The notes beneath the pieces were generated by a model. The model searched no databases, was not told the DNA's origin, and saw only the letters and a list, made by a program, of their open reading frames with translations. DNA of 64,000 bases from an uncultured Bradyrhizobium sp. (GTDB lineage Bacteria > Pseudomonadota > Alphaproteobacteria > Rhizobiales > Xanthobacteraceae). Both the position numbers and the translations under genes were made by a program. The DNA is taken from the NCBI RefSeq assembly GCF_936928535.1, contig NZ_CAKZHY010000097.1:9852-73851 (forward strand), given 5' to 3'. Of this stretch, positions 28,646 to 39,117 are shown in pieces (the stretch's first letter is position 1; each line of letters opens with the position of its first letter).

Positions 28646-29623
28646 ATGAGGCGTCGCGAGTTCGTGGCCCTTGTCGGCAGTTCACTGGCGGCGTTGCCCC
28701 TGATGGCGCGCGCTCAGCAACACAAAGTCGTGCACATTGGATATCTGATGGACCGCTCCGGACCACCGGGCGTGCTCGATCAGGGCTTTTTCGATGGCCT
28801 TCGCGAGCACGGGTATGTCCTGGGCCAGAATGCCGAGATCGAGTATCGGTGGACCGAAGGCAAGACCGAACGGCTTCTTGCCCTCGCGCGCGAGCTGGTC
28901 ACAAGCAAGGTCGACATTATCGTCGTCGCTGGCGCGGATTCGACGAAGGCCGCAAAGCAGGCGACCGCGACCATCCCGATTGTCATGGCAAGCAGCCAAG
29001 ATGCCGTTGGCGACGGCCTTGTCGCGAGCTTGGCACATCCCGGTGGCAACGTGACCGGGCGGTCCGTCTATGCGCCCGAACTGACATCCAAGCGGATCGA
29101 AATTCTCAAGGAAATGGTCCCAAACCTGACCAAGCTCGGGGTGCTCTGGAACAGGGACAATGTCGGAGCTGCGGGTCAGTTGCAGGAAGCAAGAATGGCC
29201 GGACAAGCGCTCGGCATCTCGATCGAATCGCTACCTGCGCAAATTCCTGATGGTCTGGACGAGGTGATGGCGAGAGCGGCAGAGCTCGGCGCGGGTGCGA
29301 TCCTCATCGTCTCCGACAGCTCGACAATAGGTAATCGCGCGAAGATCGGCAGCTCTGCTCTACAACGCCATCTGCCTACAATCTTCGCCAACAAAGCGTA
29401 TCTCAGTGGTGGCGGCTTGATGAGTTACGGTCCTGATATCGTCGAGAGTTTTCGGTTGGCTGTCGTTCACGTCGACAAGATTCTGAGGGGCGCAAATCCT
29501 GCAAGCTTGCCAGTCGAGCAGCCCACGAAGTTCGAGTACGTGATCAACATGAAGACGGCGAAAGCGCTCGAAATCGCGATCTCACCGGCGTTGCAGGCGC
29601 GCGCCGATGAGGTGCTCGAATAG
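28646..29623 (+). CDS. Orphan ABC-transporter substrate-binding protein (ABC_sub_bind type)
   Basis: ATG 28646 with GGAGG upstream. Twin-arginine-like signal MRRREFVALVGSSLAALPLMARA. No permease or ATPase is adjacent. Confidence 0.75.
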   Translation: MRRREFVALVGSSLAALPLMARAQQHKVVHIGYLMDRSGPPGVLDQGFFDGLREHGYVLGQNAEIEYRWTEGKTERLLALARELVTSKVDIIVVAGADSTKAAKQATATIPIVMASSQDAVGDGLVASLAHPGGNVTGRSVYAPELTSKRIEILKEMVPNLTKLGVLWNRDNVGAAGQLQEARMAGQALGISIESLPAQIPDGLDEVMARAAELGAGAILIVSDSSTIGNRAKIGSSALQRHLPTIFANKAYLSGGGLMSYGPDIVESFRLAVVHVDKILRGANPASLPVEQPTKFEYVINMKTAKALEIAISPALQARADEVLE

Positions 29624-29718
29624 CTTTCATGCTGTGGGCATAAGTCCACGTAGCCCCGCAAGCGATGCCTCGCTCTACCCGGCGCGTACACTCCTATTGA
29701 AATCGGAAGGAAAGAAAC

Positions 29719-30123
29719 ATGTTGGCAAACGCGAGGGTAGCCACCCGTCTTCCGGCCAAGGATCTTGATCGCGCGCGAGCATTCTATTCGGAGAAACTCG
29801 GGCTCGACCCGGTCGAGCAACGAGACGGCGGACTGCGCTATGTCTGCGCCGGCGGTGAGTTTGCAATATTCCTTTCGGCCGGTGCGCAATCCGGCACGCA
29901 CACGCAGATGGGCTGGGAAGTCGAAGACCTCGAAACCACCGTGCGCGAGCTTCGCGCGCGGGGCGTGAAGTTCGAGGAATATGATCTGCCCGGCTTGAAG
30001 ACTGTTAACGGGATTGCCGACATTGCCGGAAATTACCCGAGCAAGGGTATTGCTGAGCGAGGTGCCTGGTTTCGCGACAGCGAAGGCAACCTTCTCGGAA
30101 TAGGGCAGCCTGTCCGGTCCTGA
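29719..30123 (+). CDS. VOC family protein (glyoxalase fold)
   Basis: 134 aa. [20 protein letters not shown] and [12 protein letters not shown] are typical VOC module ends. Confidence 0.8.
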   Translation: MLANARVATRLPAKDLDRARAFYSEKLGLDPVEQRDGGLRYVCAGGEFAIFLSAGAQSGTHTQMGWEVEDLETTVRELRARGVKFEEYDLPGLKTVNGIADIAGNYPSKGIAERGAWFRDSEGNLLGIGQPVRS

Positions 30124-30293
30124 GAGCGGGATGGATCGCGTCTGACGATGCCTCGCGCTGCGGGGCGTTGCGGCGCATCGGGCCACGAAGGCCGGTGTGC
30201 GCCGCCACCAAGTTCATCTTGCGCTGCGGTAGAAAAATATCGCACACTCGGCCGGCCGGGGAGCCATTGGGAGCTCTACAAGAGGAGCGAGCC

Positions 30294-33083
30294 ATGTCCC
30301 TCCAGACCGTACCGTCCGACGTCGATCAACGCCCGAACCGGCCTGAGGACGTCCAGGCGCTCGAGGCTGACGCGCGGCTGCGCGACGATATTCGCCTGCT
30401 CGGGCGCATCCTGGGCGACACGGTGCGCGACCAGGAGGGGGCCGATGTGTTCGACCTGGTCGAGCGTATCAGGCAGACCTCGATCCGGTTCCACCGCGAC
30501 GAGGACCGGGTGGCCCGCCGCGAGCTCGAGCAGATCCTCGACAGCATGTCGACCTCGGAGACGGTGCGGATCGTCCGCGCCTTCAGCTATTTTTCCCACC
30601 TCGCCAACATCGCCGAGGATCAGAACAACATCCGCCAGATGCGCACCCGCAGCGCCGCCAGCGGCACCAGCGTGCTGGCGGAAACATTGGCCAACGCCAA
30701 GGCTGCCGGCATCGGCGCTGACGCGCTGCGCAGCTTCTTCAAGACCGCGCTGGTGAGCCCGGTGCTCACAGCGCATCCGACCGAAGTCCGCCGCAAGAGC
30801 ACGATGGACCGCGAGATGGAGGTCGCAAGCCTCCTCGATCGCCGCGAGCGGGTCGCGCTGACCGCCGACGAGGCCGCCGCCAGCGACGAGCAGCTTCGCC
30901 GCGAGGTGCTGACGCTGTGGCAGACCAATCTGCTCCGCCGCACCAAGCTCACCGTACTCGATGAGGTCGCCAACGGCCTGTCGTTCTACGACTACACCTT
31001 CCTGCGCGAGGTGCCGCGGCTGGCCAACGCACTGGAAGACCGGCTGGAGGAGGGCGGCGTGCAAGCTGCCAGCGAGCTCGCTTCGTTCCTGAGGATGGGA
31101 AGCTGGATCGGCGGCGACCGCGACGGCAATCCCTTCGTCACCGCCGACGTGATGCGCGGCACGCTGCGGCTGCAGTCGAGCCGCGTGATGCAATTCTATC
31201 TGAACGAGTTGCACGTGCTCGGCTCGGAGCTGTCGATCGCGGCGCATCTCGCCGATGTCTCGGAGGAGCTGCGGACCCTGGCGGAGCGCTCGCCCGACAC
31301 CTCGCCGCACCGGAGCGGCGAGCCCTACCGCCTCGCGGTCTCAGGCATCTATGCGCGCCTGACCGCGACCGCCGAAAAGCTCGAGGTCGAGATCACCCGC
31401 CGGCCGGTTGGCAAGGGCGCACCCTATGACAGCGTCAAGGAGCTGCAAGCCGATCTCGACGTGCTGCATCGCTCGCTGATCTCCAACAACGCCCGCGTCA
31501 TCGCACGCGGGCGCTTACGGCTGCTCCGGCGCGCGGTGGATTGCTTTGGCTTCCATCTGGCGCGACTCGACATCCGCCAGAACTCGGCGGTGCACGAACG
31601 CACCATCGCCGAGCTGATGGACGCCGCCAATCCCGGCATGTCCTATCTCGCGCTCGGCGAAGACGCGCGTATCTCGCTGCTCACCAACGAATTGCGCTCG
31701 ACGCGCGCGCTGGTGTCGCCCTTCGTCAAATACAGCGATGAGACCATGGGCGAGCTCAACGTCTTCCATGCGGCCGCGGAGGCGCATGCGAAGTTCGGCT
31801 CGGACGCCATTCCCCAATGCATCATCTCGATGTGCAAGGGCATGTCCGACATGCTCGAGGTCGCGGTGCTGCTCAAGGAGGTCGGCCTCGTTCATCCCTC
31901 CGGGCGCAGCGCCATCAACATCGTGCCGTTGTTCGAGACCATCGAGGACTTGCAGGCCTCTTCCGGCATCATGGATCGCATGCTGTCGCTGCACGATTAC
32001 CGCCGCCTCGTCGACAGCCGCGGCAGCGTGCAGGAAGTCATGCTCGGCTATTCCGACAGCAACAAGGATGGCGGCTTCGTCACCTCGGGCTGGGAGCTCT
32101 ACAAGGCCGAGATCGGGCTCGTCGACGTGTTCGAGCGTCATCACGTGCGGCTGCGGCTTTTCCACGGCCGCGGCGGCTCGGTCGGCCGCGGAGGCGGACC
32201 AAGCTATGACGCCATCGTCGCCCAGCCGGGCGGCGCCGTGAACGGCCAGATCCGCATCACCGAGCAAGGCGAGATCATCTCGTCGAAATATTCCAACGCC
32301 GAAGTCGGTCGTAACAATCTGGAGATCCTGGCCGCGGCGACGCTGGATGCGAGCCTGTTGCGGCCGCGCGAGAGCGCGCCGCGCCGCGAATATCTGATCG
32401 CGATGGACGAGCTTTCAAATCTCGCCTTCAAGGCCTATCGCGGCCTCGTCTACGAGACCGAGGGCTTCGTCGATTATTTCTGGTCGTCGACCGTAATCAA
32501 CGAGATCGCGACGCTGAACATCGGCAGCCGTCCGGCCTCGCGCAAGAAGACCCGCGCGATTGAGGACCTTCGCGCGATTCCGTGGGTGTTCTCGTGGGCG
32601 CAGTGCCGGCTGATGCTGCCGGGCTGGTACGGCTTTGGCAGCGCGGTCGAGCAGTGGATCACCGAGCATCCCGACAAGGGCATGCCGTTCCTCAAAGAGC
32701 TCTACAAGCAGTGGCCGTTCTTCCGCATGTTGCTGTCGAACATGGACATGGTGCTCGCCAAGAGCTCGATCGCGATCGCCTCGCGCTATGCCGAGCTGGT
32801 GCCGGACGAGGCGTTGCGCGAAAAGATCTTCGGCCGCATCCGCCGCGAATGGCATTCCTGCATCGAGACGCTGCTCGACATCATGGGGCAGGACCGCCTG
32901 CTGCAGGGCAACCCGCTGCTCGAACGCTCCGTACGCCACCGCTTCCCCTATCTCGATCCGCTCAACCACGTCCAGGTCGAGCTGCTCAGGGCACATCGCG
33001 CGCAGAACCCGGATGAGCAGGTGTTGCGCGGAATTCAGCTGACGATCAATGGAATATCGGCGGGGCTGAGAAATACGGGGTAG
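30294..33083 (+). CDS. ppc: Phosphoenolpyruvate carboxylase
   Basis: ATG 30294 preceded by AGAGGAG. PEPC signatures [13 protein letters not shown] and [10 protein letters not shown], and C-terminal [12 protein letters not shown]. Confidence 0.95.
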   Translation: MSLQTVPSDVDQRPNRPEDVQALEADARLRDDIRLLGRILGDTVRDQEGADVFDLVERIRQTSIRFHRDEDRVARRELEQILDSMSTSETVRIVRAFSYFSHLANIAEDQNNIRQMRTRSAASGTSVLAETLANAKAAGIGADALRSFFKTALVSPVLTAHPTEVRRKSTMDREMEVASLLDRRERVALTADEAAASDEQLRREVLTLWQTNLLRRTKLTVLDEVANGLSFYDYTFLREVPRLANALEDRLEEGGVQAASELASFLRMGSWIGGDRDGNPFVTADVMRGTLRLQSSRVMQFYLNELHVLGSELSIAAHLADVSEELRTLAERSPDTSPHRSGEPYRLAVSGIYARLTATAEKLEVEITRRPVGKGAPYDSVKELQADLDVLHRSLISNNARVIARGRLRLLRRAVDCFGFHLARLDIRQNSAVHERTIAELMDAANPGMSYLALGEDARISLLTNELRSTRALVSPFVKYSDETMGELNVFHAAAEAHAKFGSDAIPQCIISMCKGMSDMLEVAVLLKEVGLVHPSGRSAINIVPLFETIEDLQASSGIMDRMLSLHDYRRLVDSRGSVQEVMLGYSDSNKDGGFVTSGWELYKAEIGLVDVFERHHVRLRLFHGRGGSVGRGGGPSYDAIVAQPGGAVNGQIRITEQGEIISSKYSNAEVGRNNLEILAAATLDASLLRPRESAPRREYLIAMDELSNLAFKAYRGLVYETEGFVDYFWSSTVINEIATLNIGSRPASRKKTRAIEDLRAIPWVFSWAQCRLMLPGWYGFGSAVEQWITEHPDKGMPFLKELYKQWPFFRMLLSNMDMVLAKSSIAIASRYAELVPDEALREKIFGRIRREWHSCIETLLDIMGQDRLLQGNPLLERSVRHRFPYLDPLNHVQVELLRAHRAQNPDEQVLRGIQLTINGISAGLRNTG

Positions 33084-33086
33084 GGA

Positions 33087-33187
33087 GTCATTCCGGGGCG
33101 ATGCGAAGCATCGAACTATGGTGCGCAATTGCGCACCTGAGAATCTCGAGATTCCGGGTTCGGCTCTTCGAGCCGCCCCGGAATGAC
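33087..33187. repeat. REP/MITE-like nested palindrome, family B copy with an extra internal 16-bp palindrome
   Basis: GTCATTCCGGGGCG...GATGC-gaa-GCATC...GTGCGCAATTGCGCAC...CTCGAG core...GGCTC-ttc-GAGCC...CGCCCCGGAATGAC. Coordinates cross-checked against track ORF 33101. Confidence 0.8.
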
Positions 33188-33209
33188 AACGAAAAGAATC
33201 AGCGCGACC

Positions 33210-34124
33210 TCACACCGGATCCCACGGGAAGATATCGGCGGAACGGTCGAGCTTGTAGAACGAGCCCTTCAACGCGGGCATGCCGTGCTCCGCGATCGAC
33301 TGCGGGGTCCAGCCTTCGCTGCGATGAACCGAGCGCAACGGGCGGTTCTGGCTGAACAGGAACAGCTCGTTCATGCGCGCGCCGAAGATCTGGCCTGAGA
33401 CATCCTTGGCGGCATCGGAGAGCAGATAGGCGCAGATCGGCGCGATCTTCTCGGGGCCCATCTGCTTGATCTTCTCGACCCGCGCCTTCTCGGCTTCAGT
33501 CTCGGTCGGGATGGTGCCGATCATGCGGGTCCAGGCAAACGGCGAGACGCAGTTGGAGCGCACGTTGAAGCGGCCCATGTCGAGAGCGATCGACTTGGAG
33601 AGGCCGACGATGCCGAGCTTGGCCGCGGCGTAGTTGGCCTGCCCGAAATTGCCGATCAGGCCGGAGGTCGACGTGAAGTGCACGAAAGAGCCGCTCTCCT
33701 GCTCACGGAAGATGCGCGCGGCGGCATGGCTGACGTAGAACGAGCCCATCAGATGCACCTTGATGACGGCCTCGAACGCTTCCACGCTCATCTTGTGGAA
33801 GATCATGTCGCGCAGGATGCCGGCATTGTTGACGACGCCATCCAGCTTGCCGAAGGCATCGGTCGCAGTCTTCACGATCTTGCTGGCGGGGATCGCTTCC
33901 GCGACCGACTCGAAATTGGCGACCGCCGTGCCGCCGCGCTTCTTGATCTCCTCGACCACCTCCTCGGCGGGCGTGGCGCTCGAACCGGCGCCATCGGCGG
34001 CCGCGCCGGGATCGTTGACGACGACCTTGGCGCCTTCGGCCGCGCAGAGCAGCGCGATCTCGCGCCCGATGCCGCGCCCGGCGCCGGTGACGATGATGAC
34101 CTTGTCCTGCAGTGATTTGCTCAT
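33210..34124 (-). CDS. SDR family oxidoreductase (MFE-2-type 3-hydroxyacyl-CoA dehydrogenase-like)
   Basis: ATG 34124 with AGGAGA upstream. Motifs VTGAGRGIGREIAL, NNAGILRD and YAAAKLGIVGL. The MFE-2 resemblance is inferred. Confidence 0.8.
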   Translation of the reverse strand: MSKSLQDKVIIVTGAGRGIGREIALLCAAEGAKVVVNDPGAAADGAGSSATPAEEVVEEIKKRGGTAVANFESVAEAIPASKIVKTATDAFGKLDGVVNNAGILRDMIFHKMSVEAFEAVIKVHLMGSFYVSHAAARIFREQESGSFVHFTSTSGLIGNFGQANYAAAKLGIVGLSKSIALDMGRFNVRSNCVSPFAWTRMIGTIPTETEAEKARVEKIKQMGPEKIAPICAYLLSDAAKDVSGQIFGARMNELFLFSQNRPLRSVHRSEGWTPQSIAEHGMPALKGSFYKLDRSADIFPWDPV

Positions 34125-34145
34125 GTGGGTTCTCCTGTTGTCTCT

Positions 34146-34223
34146 GTCATTCCGGGGCGTGCGAAGCACGAACCTGGAATCTCGAGGTTCCGGGTCTGGT
34201 CCTTCGGACCATCCCGGAACGAC
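34146..34223. repeat. REP/MITE-like nested palindrome, family B copy
   Basis: GTCATTCCGGGGCG, CGTGC-gaa-GCACG, central GGAATCTCGAGGTTCC, GGTCC-ttc-GGACC, CCCGGAACGAC. Sits in an intra-operon gap. Confidence 0.8.
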
Positions 34224-34229
34224 GAGGAA

Positions 34230-35369
34230 TTACCTCTCGTTCGTAAACACGATCGTACCCGACGCGGCGAACATGCCGCCGACGCCGTGGCACACCGAAA
34301 TCTTCGCGTTCGGCACCTGTGCCGGCGCGATGCCGCGCATCTGCCGCACGCTCTCCTGGAGCGCGTACATGCCGTACATGCCCGAATGCATGTAGGAGAG
34401 GCCGCCGCCATTGGTGTTGAGCGGCAGCTTGCCGCCGGGCCGCGTGTTGCCGTCCGCGATGAATTTGCCGGTCTCCTCGTGCGGCATGAAGCCGAGATCG
34501 CCCAGGCCGAACAGCGGCAGATGCGCAAAGGCGTCATAGATCATGAGATGATCGACGTCCTTGTGGGCGATGCCCGCTTCCCTGAAGGCGAGGGGGCCAG
34601 CGGTCTTGAACGCGCGCGAGGAGTTGAACGTCTCCATCTGGCTGACCATCGGCGTTTCCACGCTCTCGCCGGTGCCCATGATGTAGACGGGCTTGCGGGG
34701 AAAATCCCTGGCGCGGTCGGCCGAGGTGAGGATCAGCGCGCCGCCGCCGTCGGTGACGAGGCAGCACTGCAGCAGCCGGAACGGGTAGGCGATCATGCGC
34801 GAGTTGAGCACGTCGGCGACGGTGATCGGATCCTTCATCATCGCCCGCGGATTCCTCGCCGCCCATTCGCGCTGCACGACGGCGACCGAGGCGAGCTGTT
34901 CATGGGTGATGCCGTAGGTCTTCATGAAGCGCAGCACCGGGATCGGGAACATGCTGGGCGGGCCGTAGACGCCATAGGGCGCCTCGAACTGGCCTTGCAG
35001 GCTGTCCGCGGGGATCGAGCGCGGCGCCTTGCCGATCATCGACTTACCGCTCTCGGCATGCGTGATCAGCACGGTCTTGCACAGCCCGGCCTCGATCGCT
35101 GCAGCGGCATGGCGAACATGCAGCATGAAGGAGCAGCCGCCGACCGAGGTGCCATCCACCCAGGTCGGCTTGATGCCGAGATAGTGGCAGACCTGCTGCG
35201 GCGTTTCGACGGCGGTCGCAAAGCCGTCGATGTCGGAGAGCTTCAGCCCGGCATCGGCGATGGCATTGAGGGCTGCATCGGCGTGGAGCTGCAACTGCGA
35301 GGCGTTGGGGATGACACCGAGCTCGGTGGTCTCGGCCGCACCGACGACGGCAACCTGGTTCTTGCGCAT
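34230..35369 (-). CDS. Thiolase-like lipid-transfer protein (SCP-x-type thiolase, DUF35-partnered)
   Basis: 379 aa. Nucleophile context TSVGGCSFMLHV, C-terminal NTNGGGLSYMHSG and CHGVGG. Immediately downstream of a DUF35 gene. Confidence 0.8.
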   Translation of the reverse strand: MRKNQVAVVGAAETTELGVIPNASQLQLHADAALNAIADAGLKLSDIDGFATAVETPQQVCHYLGIKPTWVDGTSVGGCSFMLHVRHAAAAIEAGLCKTVLITHAESGKSMIGKAPRSIPADSLQGQFEAPYGVYGPPSMFPIPVLRFMKTYGITHEQLASVAVVQREWAARNPRAMMKDPITVADVLNSRMIAYPFRLLQCCLVTDGGGALILTSADRARDFPRKPVYIMGTGESVETPMVSQMETFNSSRAFKTAGPLAFREAGIAHKDVDHLMIYDAFAHLPLFGLGDLGFMPHEETGKFIADGNTRPGGKLPLNTNGGGLSYMHSGMYGMYALQESVRQMRGIAPAQVPNAKISVCHGVGGMFAASGTIVFTNER

Positions 35370-35372
35370 GGC

Positions 35373-35786
35373 CTACCCCTTCGCCGGACGGAACACGGGG
35401 AGAGTGATCTTGTCGTCCAGCTCCTGGAACGCGACTTCGAGCTTCATGTCGAGTTCGAGCGCTTCGGGCGTTTGCGGACAATTGATGATGCTGCTCATCA
35501 TCCGCGGTCCTTCGTCAAGCTCGACTACGGCAATCGCGTAAGGCGGCGTGAAGCCCGGCGCGGCGGGCCGGTGGTTGATCACGTAGCTGTAGAGGAAACC
35601 CTTACCGCTCGCCTTGAAGACGGAGACCTTGCGCGAGGCGCAGGACGGGCAGAACGGGCGCGGCGGAAAGTAAACCTGCGCACACGCATCGCAGCGTTGC
35701 AAACGCAGTTCGCCGGCTTTGGTGCCATCCCAGAAATGCTGGGTTTCCGGCGTCGGTTTCGGTCGTGCGCGCTGCGGTTCGGCCAT
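35373..35786 (-). CDS. Zn-ribbon / OB-fold protein (DUF35 family, thiolase partner)
   Basis: ATG 35786 with GGAGGAG upstream. Rubredoxin-like CDACAQVYFPPRPFCPSC followed by an OB-fold segment. 3-nt gap to the thiolase gene. Confidence 0.8.
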   Translation of the reverse strand: MAEPQRARPKPTPETQHFWDGTKAGELRLQRCDACAQVYFPPRPFCPSCASRKVSVFKASGKGFLYSYVINHRPAAPGFTPPYAIAVVELDEGPRMMSSIINCPQTPEALELDMKLEVAFQELDDKITLPVFRPAKG

Positions 35787-35992
35787 GTCGGCAGCTCCTC
35801 CCAAAGGCGAGCACTTGATGCTCGTCCGTTTCAATCTTGATGCGCCAATTGACTATCGCGCGTCAACGGTCCAGCACAGAGCTCTGCACGCCATGTATTC
35901 CACCATGCGCACAATTGCGGTTGGCGTGCTTGTGTGCCAGTAAGTCGGCAAGGTACATAAGTGCCGAGACAAGAAGAGATCGGGAGGATTCC

Positions 35993-37240
35993 ATGTTGAG
36001 ATCACTAGGCGTTGCGCTGGTTGCAGGTCTGACCTTCGCTGCACCGGCCCTTGCTGCGGACGCGCCGGCCGAGATCAAGATCGGCACGCTCTACGCGTCG
36101 AGCGGACGCTATGCCTCGATCTCGATGCCGGTTCACTATGGACTGAAGCTGTGGGTCGAACAGAAGAACGCCGAGGGCGGCGTCTATGTGAAGGCGTTCG
36201 ACAAGAAGATCCCGATCAAGCTCGTCGCCTATGACGACCAGAGCAATACGGCGACCGCGGCGACCCTGTACAATCAGCTCATCACCCAGGACAAGGTCGA
36301 CCTTTTAGTTGCCGATTCCGGCTCGGTGCTGACCGCGCCTGCGGTCGCGATTGCCCGCGACCACAAGATGTTCCTGTTCGACCAGACCGGCACGGGCGCC
36401 AGCTTCTTCTCCAAGGACAATCCCTACATCGCCCTGATGGCCGACCCCGTCTCGACCATCTGGCCGAAGCCGGTTGCCGATTTCGTCTCGCATGATGGAC
36501 CCGGTCTCGGCATCAAGAAGATCGCGATCCTCTATGCGACCAACGAGTTCACGGGCACGCAGGCCAACGCTTTCCGAAAGTTCGTCAAGGAGTCGGGCGC
36601 GCCAATCGAGATCGTCTACGATCAGGGCGTTCCGACCGAGACGACCAACTACACCGTCATCATCAACAACATCGCCAACACCAACCCGGACGCGGTGATT
36701 CACTTCGGCTATGCGCCGAACGACATCGCTTTCCTGCGCAACGTCCAGGACGTCGGCGCCAATTTCAAGATGCTGTTTTCGATCTATGCAGGTCTGGAGA
36801 CAGAGCTGCTCGAGAAGAACGTCGGCGCGAAGGGACTGGAGCACGTCTTCACCTACGTTCCGCCGCAGGAGCTGAAATATCCCGTGAACTTCGGGATGAA
36901 CATGGACGAGTACAAGGCGGCCTGGGACAAGAAATACCCCGACGGCAAGGTCGAGTTCGGCTTCAACTCGGTGGCCGGTTACACCTCGGCTCTGGTGATC
37001 GAGAAGACCCTGTCGGTCGCGACCAGCCTTGATCAGCTCGAGTTGCGCAAGGCGACCTTCAGCCTGTCCAATCAGCTGCAAACGCTCGACGGGACGTTCG
37101 CGCTCGACGAGATGGGCGGCCAGATCGGCGAACTCACGCCGCTCGGCCAGCTCGAGCTGAACGATCACGGCCACATCAAGTTCATCTCGATCTATCCGCA
37201 CGAGACGGCGACCGGAAAGCCGGTCTATCCGCGTCCATGA
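35993..37240 (+). CDS. ABC transporter substrate-binding protein (Leu/Ile/Val-binding, type I PBP family)
   Basis: ATG 35993 with GGGAGGA upstream. Sec signal MLRSLGVALVAGLTFAAPALAADA. Followed by two permease and two ATPase genes. Confidence 0.8.
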   Translation: MLRSLGVALVAGLTFAAPALAADAPAEIKIGTLYASSGRYASISMPVHYGLKLWVEQKNAEGGVYVKAFDKKIPIKLVAYDDQSNTATAATLYNQLITQDKVDLLVADSGSVLTAPAVAIARDHKMFLFDQTGTGASFFSKDNPYIALMADPVSTIWPKPVADFVSHDGPGLGIKKIAILYATNEFTGTQANAFRKFVKESGAPIEIVYDQGVPTETTNYTVIINNIANTNPDAVIHFGYAPNDIAFLRNVQDVGANFKMLFSIYAGLETELLEKNVGAKGLEHVFTYVPPQELKYPVNFGMNMDEYKAAWDKKYPDGKVEFGFNSVAGYTSALVIEKTLSVATSLDQLELRKATFSLSNQLQTLDGTFALDEMGGQIGELTPLGQLELNDHGHIKFISIYPHETATGKPVYPRP

Positions 37241-37280
37241 CAGGAAACCCTGAGAAGCGAGTCCTGGGAGTCGGCTGCTG

Positions 37281-38204
37281 ATGTTGACCTACGCGTTGGT
37301 CGCCGGCGTCCTGTTCGGGCTGTATTTCAGCCTGGTCGGTGTGGGGCTCAACCTCGTCTTCGGCGTCATGCGCATCGTCAATCTTGCGCATGGCGACGTC
37401 ATGATGCTCGGCGCCTTCGTGGCGCTGGGTGTCGTCACCCTGGCCGGAATCGACCCGCTGTTTGCGGTGCCGCTGGCCTTCGTGGTGTTTCTGCTGGTCG
37501 GCACGCTGCTCTATTGGGTGCTGGTGCCGCGGCTGCAGGGATCCGCAAATCCGGAGATGCTGTCGATCATCCTGTTCTTCGGCCTGTCGCAGGTGGTCGA
37601 AGCCATCACCACGATCTTTGCCGGCACCAGCGAGCGCTCGATCCAGAGCCGGCTGCTCGGCACGGTTTTCTCGACCATCAAGGTCCGGCTGTTCGGCGGC
37701 AAGCCGGAGGCCGGTCCCATCCGCATCCTCGGCCAGGGATTTCCCGCGCCCTGGGTGATTGCCGCAGGAACCAGCCTGGTCGCGATCGGTCTTGTGTACG
37801 TCTATCTCTATCGCACCCGGCTCGGCACCTTGACCCGGGCCGTGATGTCGCGACGCGACGAAGCGCTGGCCTCGGGCATCGACGTCGATCGCGTCTCGGC
37901 CGCGGCCTTTGGAATCGGGCTCGGTCTCGCCGCGGTTGCGGGCGTGTTCGCCCCGTTCATGTTCGGCTCGATTACGCCGGCCTTCGGTGCGGACGCGACG
38001 GTAACGTCGTTTGCGATCGTCGTGCTGGGCTCGCTCGGCAATCCGCTCGGCACCGCTCTCGGCGGCGTCGTCTACGGTGTCTGCTACATGCTGGTGCAGA
38101 CCTATCTCAGCTCATGGGCGGACCTTCTGCCCTATGTGCTGCTGATCCTGATCCTCTTGCTACGTCCGAGCGGCCTGCTTGGAAGGCAGGTGCGCGTTGC
38201 CTAA
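37281..38204 (+). CDS. Branched-chain amino acid-type ABC transporter permease (LivH-like)
   Basis: 307-aa polytopic protein. N-terminus LVGVGLNLVFGVMRIVNLAHGDVMMLGAF is typical of LivH. Confidence 0.85.
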   Translation: MLTYALVAGVLFGLYFSLVGVGLNLVFGVMRIVNLAHGDVMMLGAFVALGVVTLAGIDPLFAVPLAFVVFLLVGTLLYWVLVPRLQGSANPEMLSIILFFGLSQVVEAITTIFAGTSERSIQSRLLGTVFSTIKVRLFGGKPEAGPIRILGQGFPAPWVIAAGTSLVAIGLVYVYLYRTRLGTLTRAVMSRRDEALASGIDVDRVSAAAFGIGLGLAAVAGVFAPFMFGSITPAFGADATVTSFAIVVLGSLGNPLGTALGGVVYGVCYMLVQTYLSSWADLLPYVLLILILLLRPSGLLGRQVRVA

Positions 38205-39117
38205 TGCCGTCAAGCATGTGCTGTTCATTCTGGTGCCGCTGATCGCAGTGTTTGCGGTGCTGCCGGGCGTCTATCAAAACCATCTGTTGCTGTTCAATTT
38301 CGTCACGTTCCTGATCCTCGCGCAGGGCGTCAACATCATCTACGGCTTCACCGGCTATTTGCCATTCGGCTATGTCGGCTTCTTCGGAGCCGGTGCCTAT
38401 GGCTTTGCGGTGCTGGTGATGCACTATCAGTCGCCGGCGCTCGTGGCGGTGCTGGCGGCGGGGCTGGTCGGCGTGCTGCTCGGCCTGCTGCTGACGCCGT
38501 TGTTGCGGCTCTCGGGCGCCTATTTTGCCATCGCCAATCTCGCCGCGTCACTGGCTGTGCTGCATCTGGTCGCCAATCCCGCCTTGGAGGGCATCACCAA
38601 GGGGCCGTATGGCGTGTCGCTGACCGGGACGTTCAACCCGTCGCACGCCTATTATGCGGCGCTGGCGGTGCTGGCGTTGACGGTGGGCGGTGTCGTCTTC
38701 CTGAAGAACTCGAGCTTCGGGCTTGCGCTGCAGGCTGTTCGCGAGGATGCGGTGAGCGCGTCGATGGCGGGGGTCAACGTCGTCAAGATGCGCATCGCGG
38801 CCTGGCTGGCGTCGGCACTAGTTGCGGGGCTCGCGGGCGGCATCTATGCCTGGTACGTCTCCGTGTTCTATCCCGACAACGTCTTCAGTGGCGATTTCAG
38901 CATCTTCGCGATCGTCTTCGCGCTGTTCGGCGGTGTTGCGACCATCTCCGGTCCGATCATCGGCGTCCTGATCCTGTACGGCGTCTACAATCTGATCGGG
39001 TTCACGACCCCGCAATATTTCCAGCTCATCTACGGTCTTCTCATCATGGGGTTGGTGTTGTTCCTCCCGGCGGGACTGGTCTCGCTGGCGACGCGGAGGG
39101 GCTGGCATGTCCCCTGA
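38179..39117 (+). CDS. Branched-chain amino acid-type ABC transporter permease (LivM-like)
   Basis: Polytopic protein with GVNIIYGFTGYLPFGYVGFFGAGAY typical of LivM. The start is uncertain: TTG 38179, TTG 38197 or GTG 38218. Confidence 0.8.
   Translation: MEGRCALPNAVKHVLFILVPLIAVFAVLPGVYQNHLLLFNFVTFLILAQGVNIIYGFTGYLPFGYVGFFGAGAYGFAVLVMHYQSPALVAVLAAGLVGVLLGLLLTPLLRLSGAYFAIANLAASLAVLHLVANPALEGITKGPYGVSLTGTFNPSHAYYAALAVLALTVGGVVFLKNSSFGLALQAVREDAVSASMAGVNVVKMRIAAWLASALVAGLAGGIYAWYVSVFYPDNVFSGDFSIFAIVFALFGGVATISGPIIGVLILYGVYNLIGFTTPQYFQLIYGLLIMGLVLFLPAGLVSLATRRGWHVP

Noticed and set aside
34125-35840. 571-aa plus-strand ORF spanning the thiolase and DUF35 genes
   Set aside because: It is antisense to two genes that have clear motifs and RBSs. 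It begins in a family B repeat.
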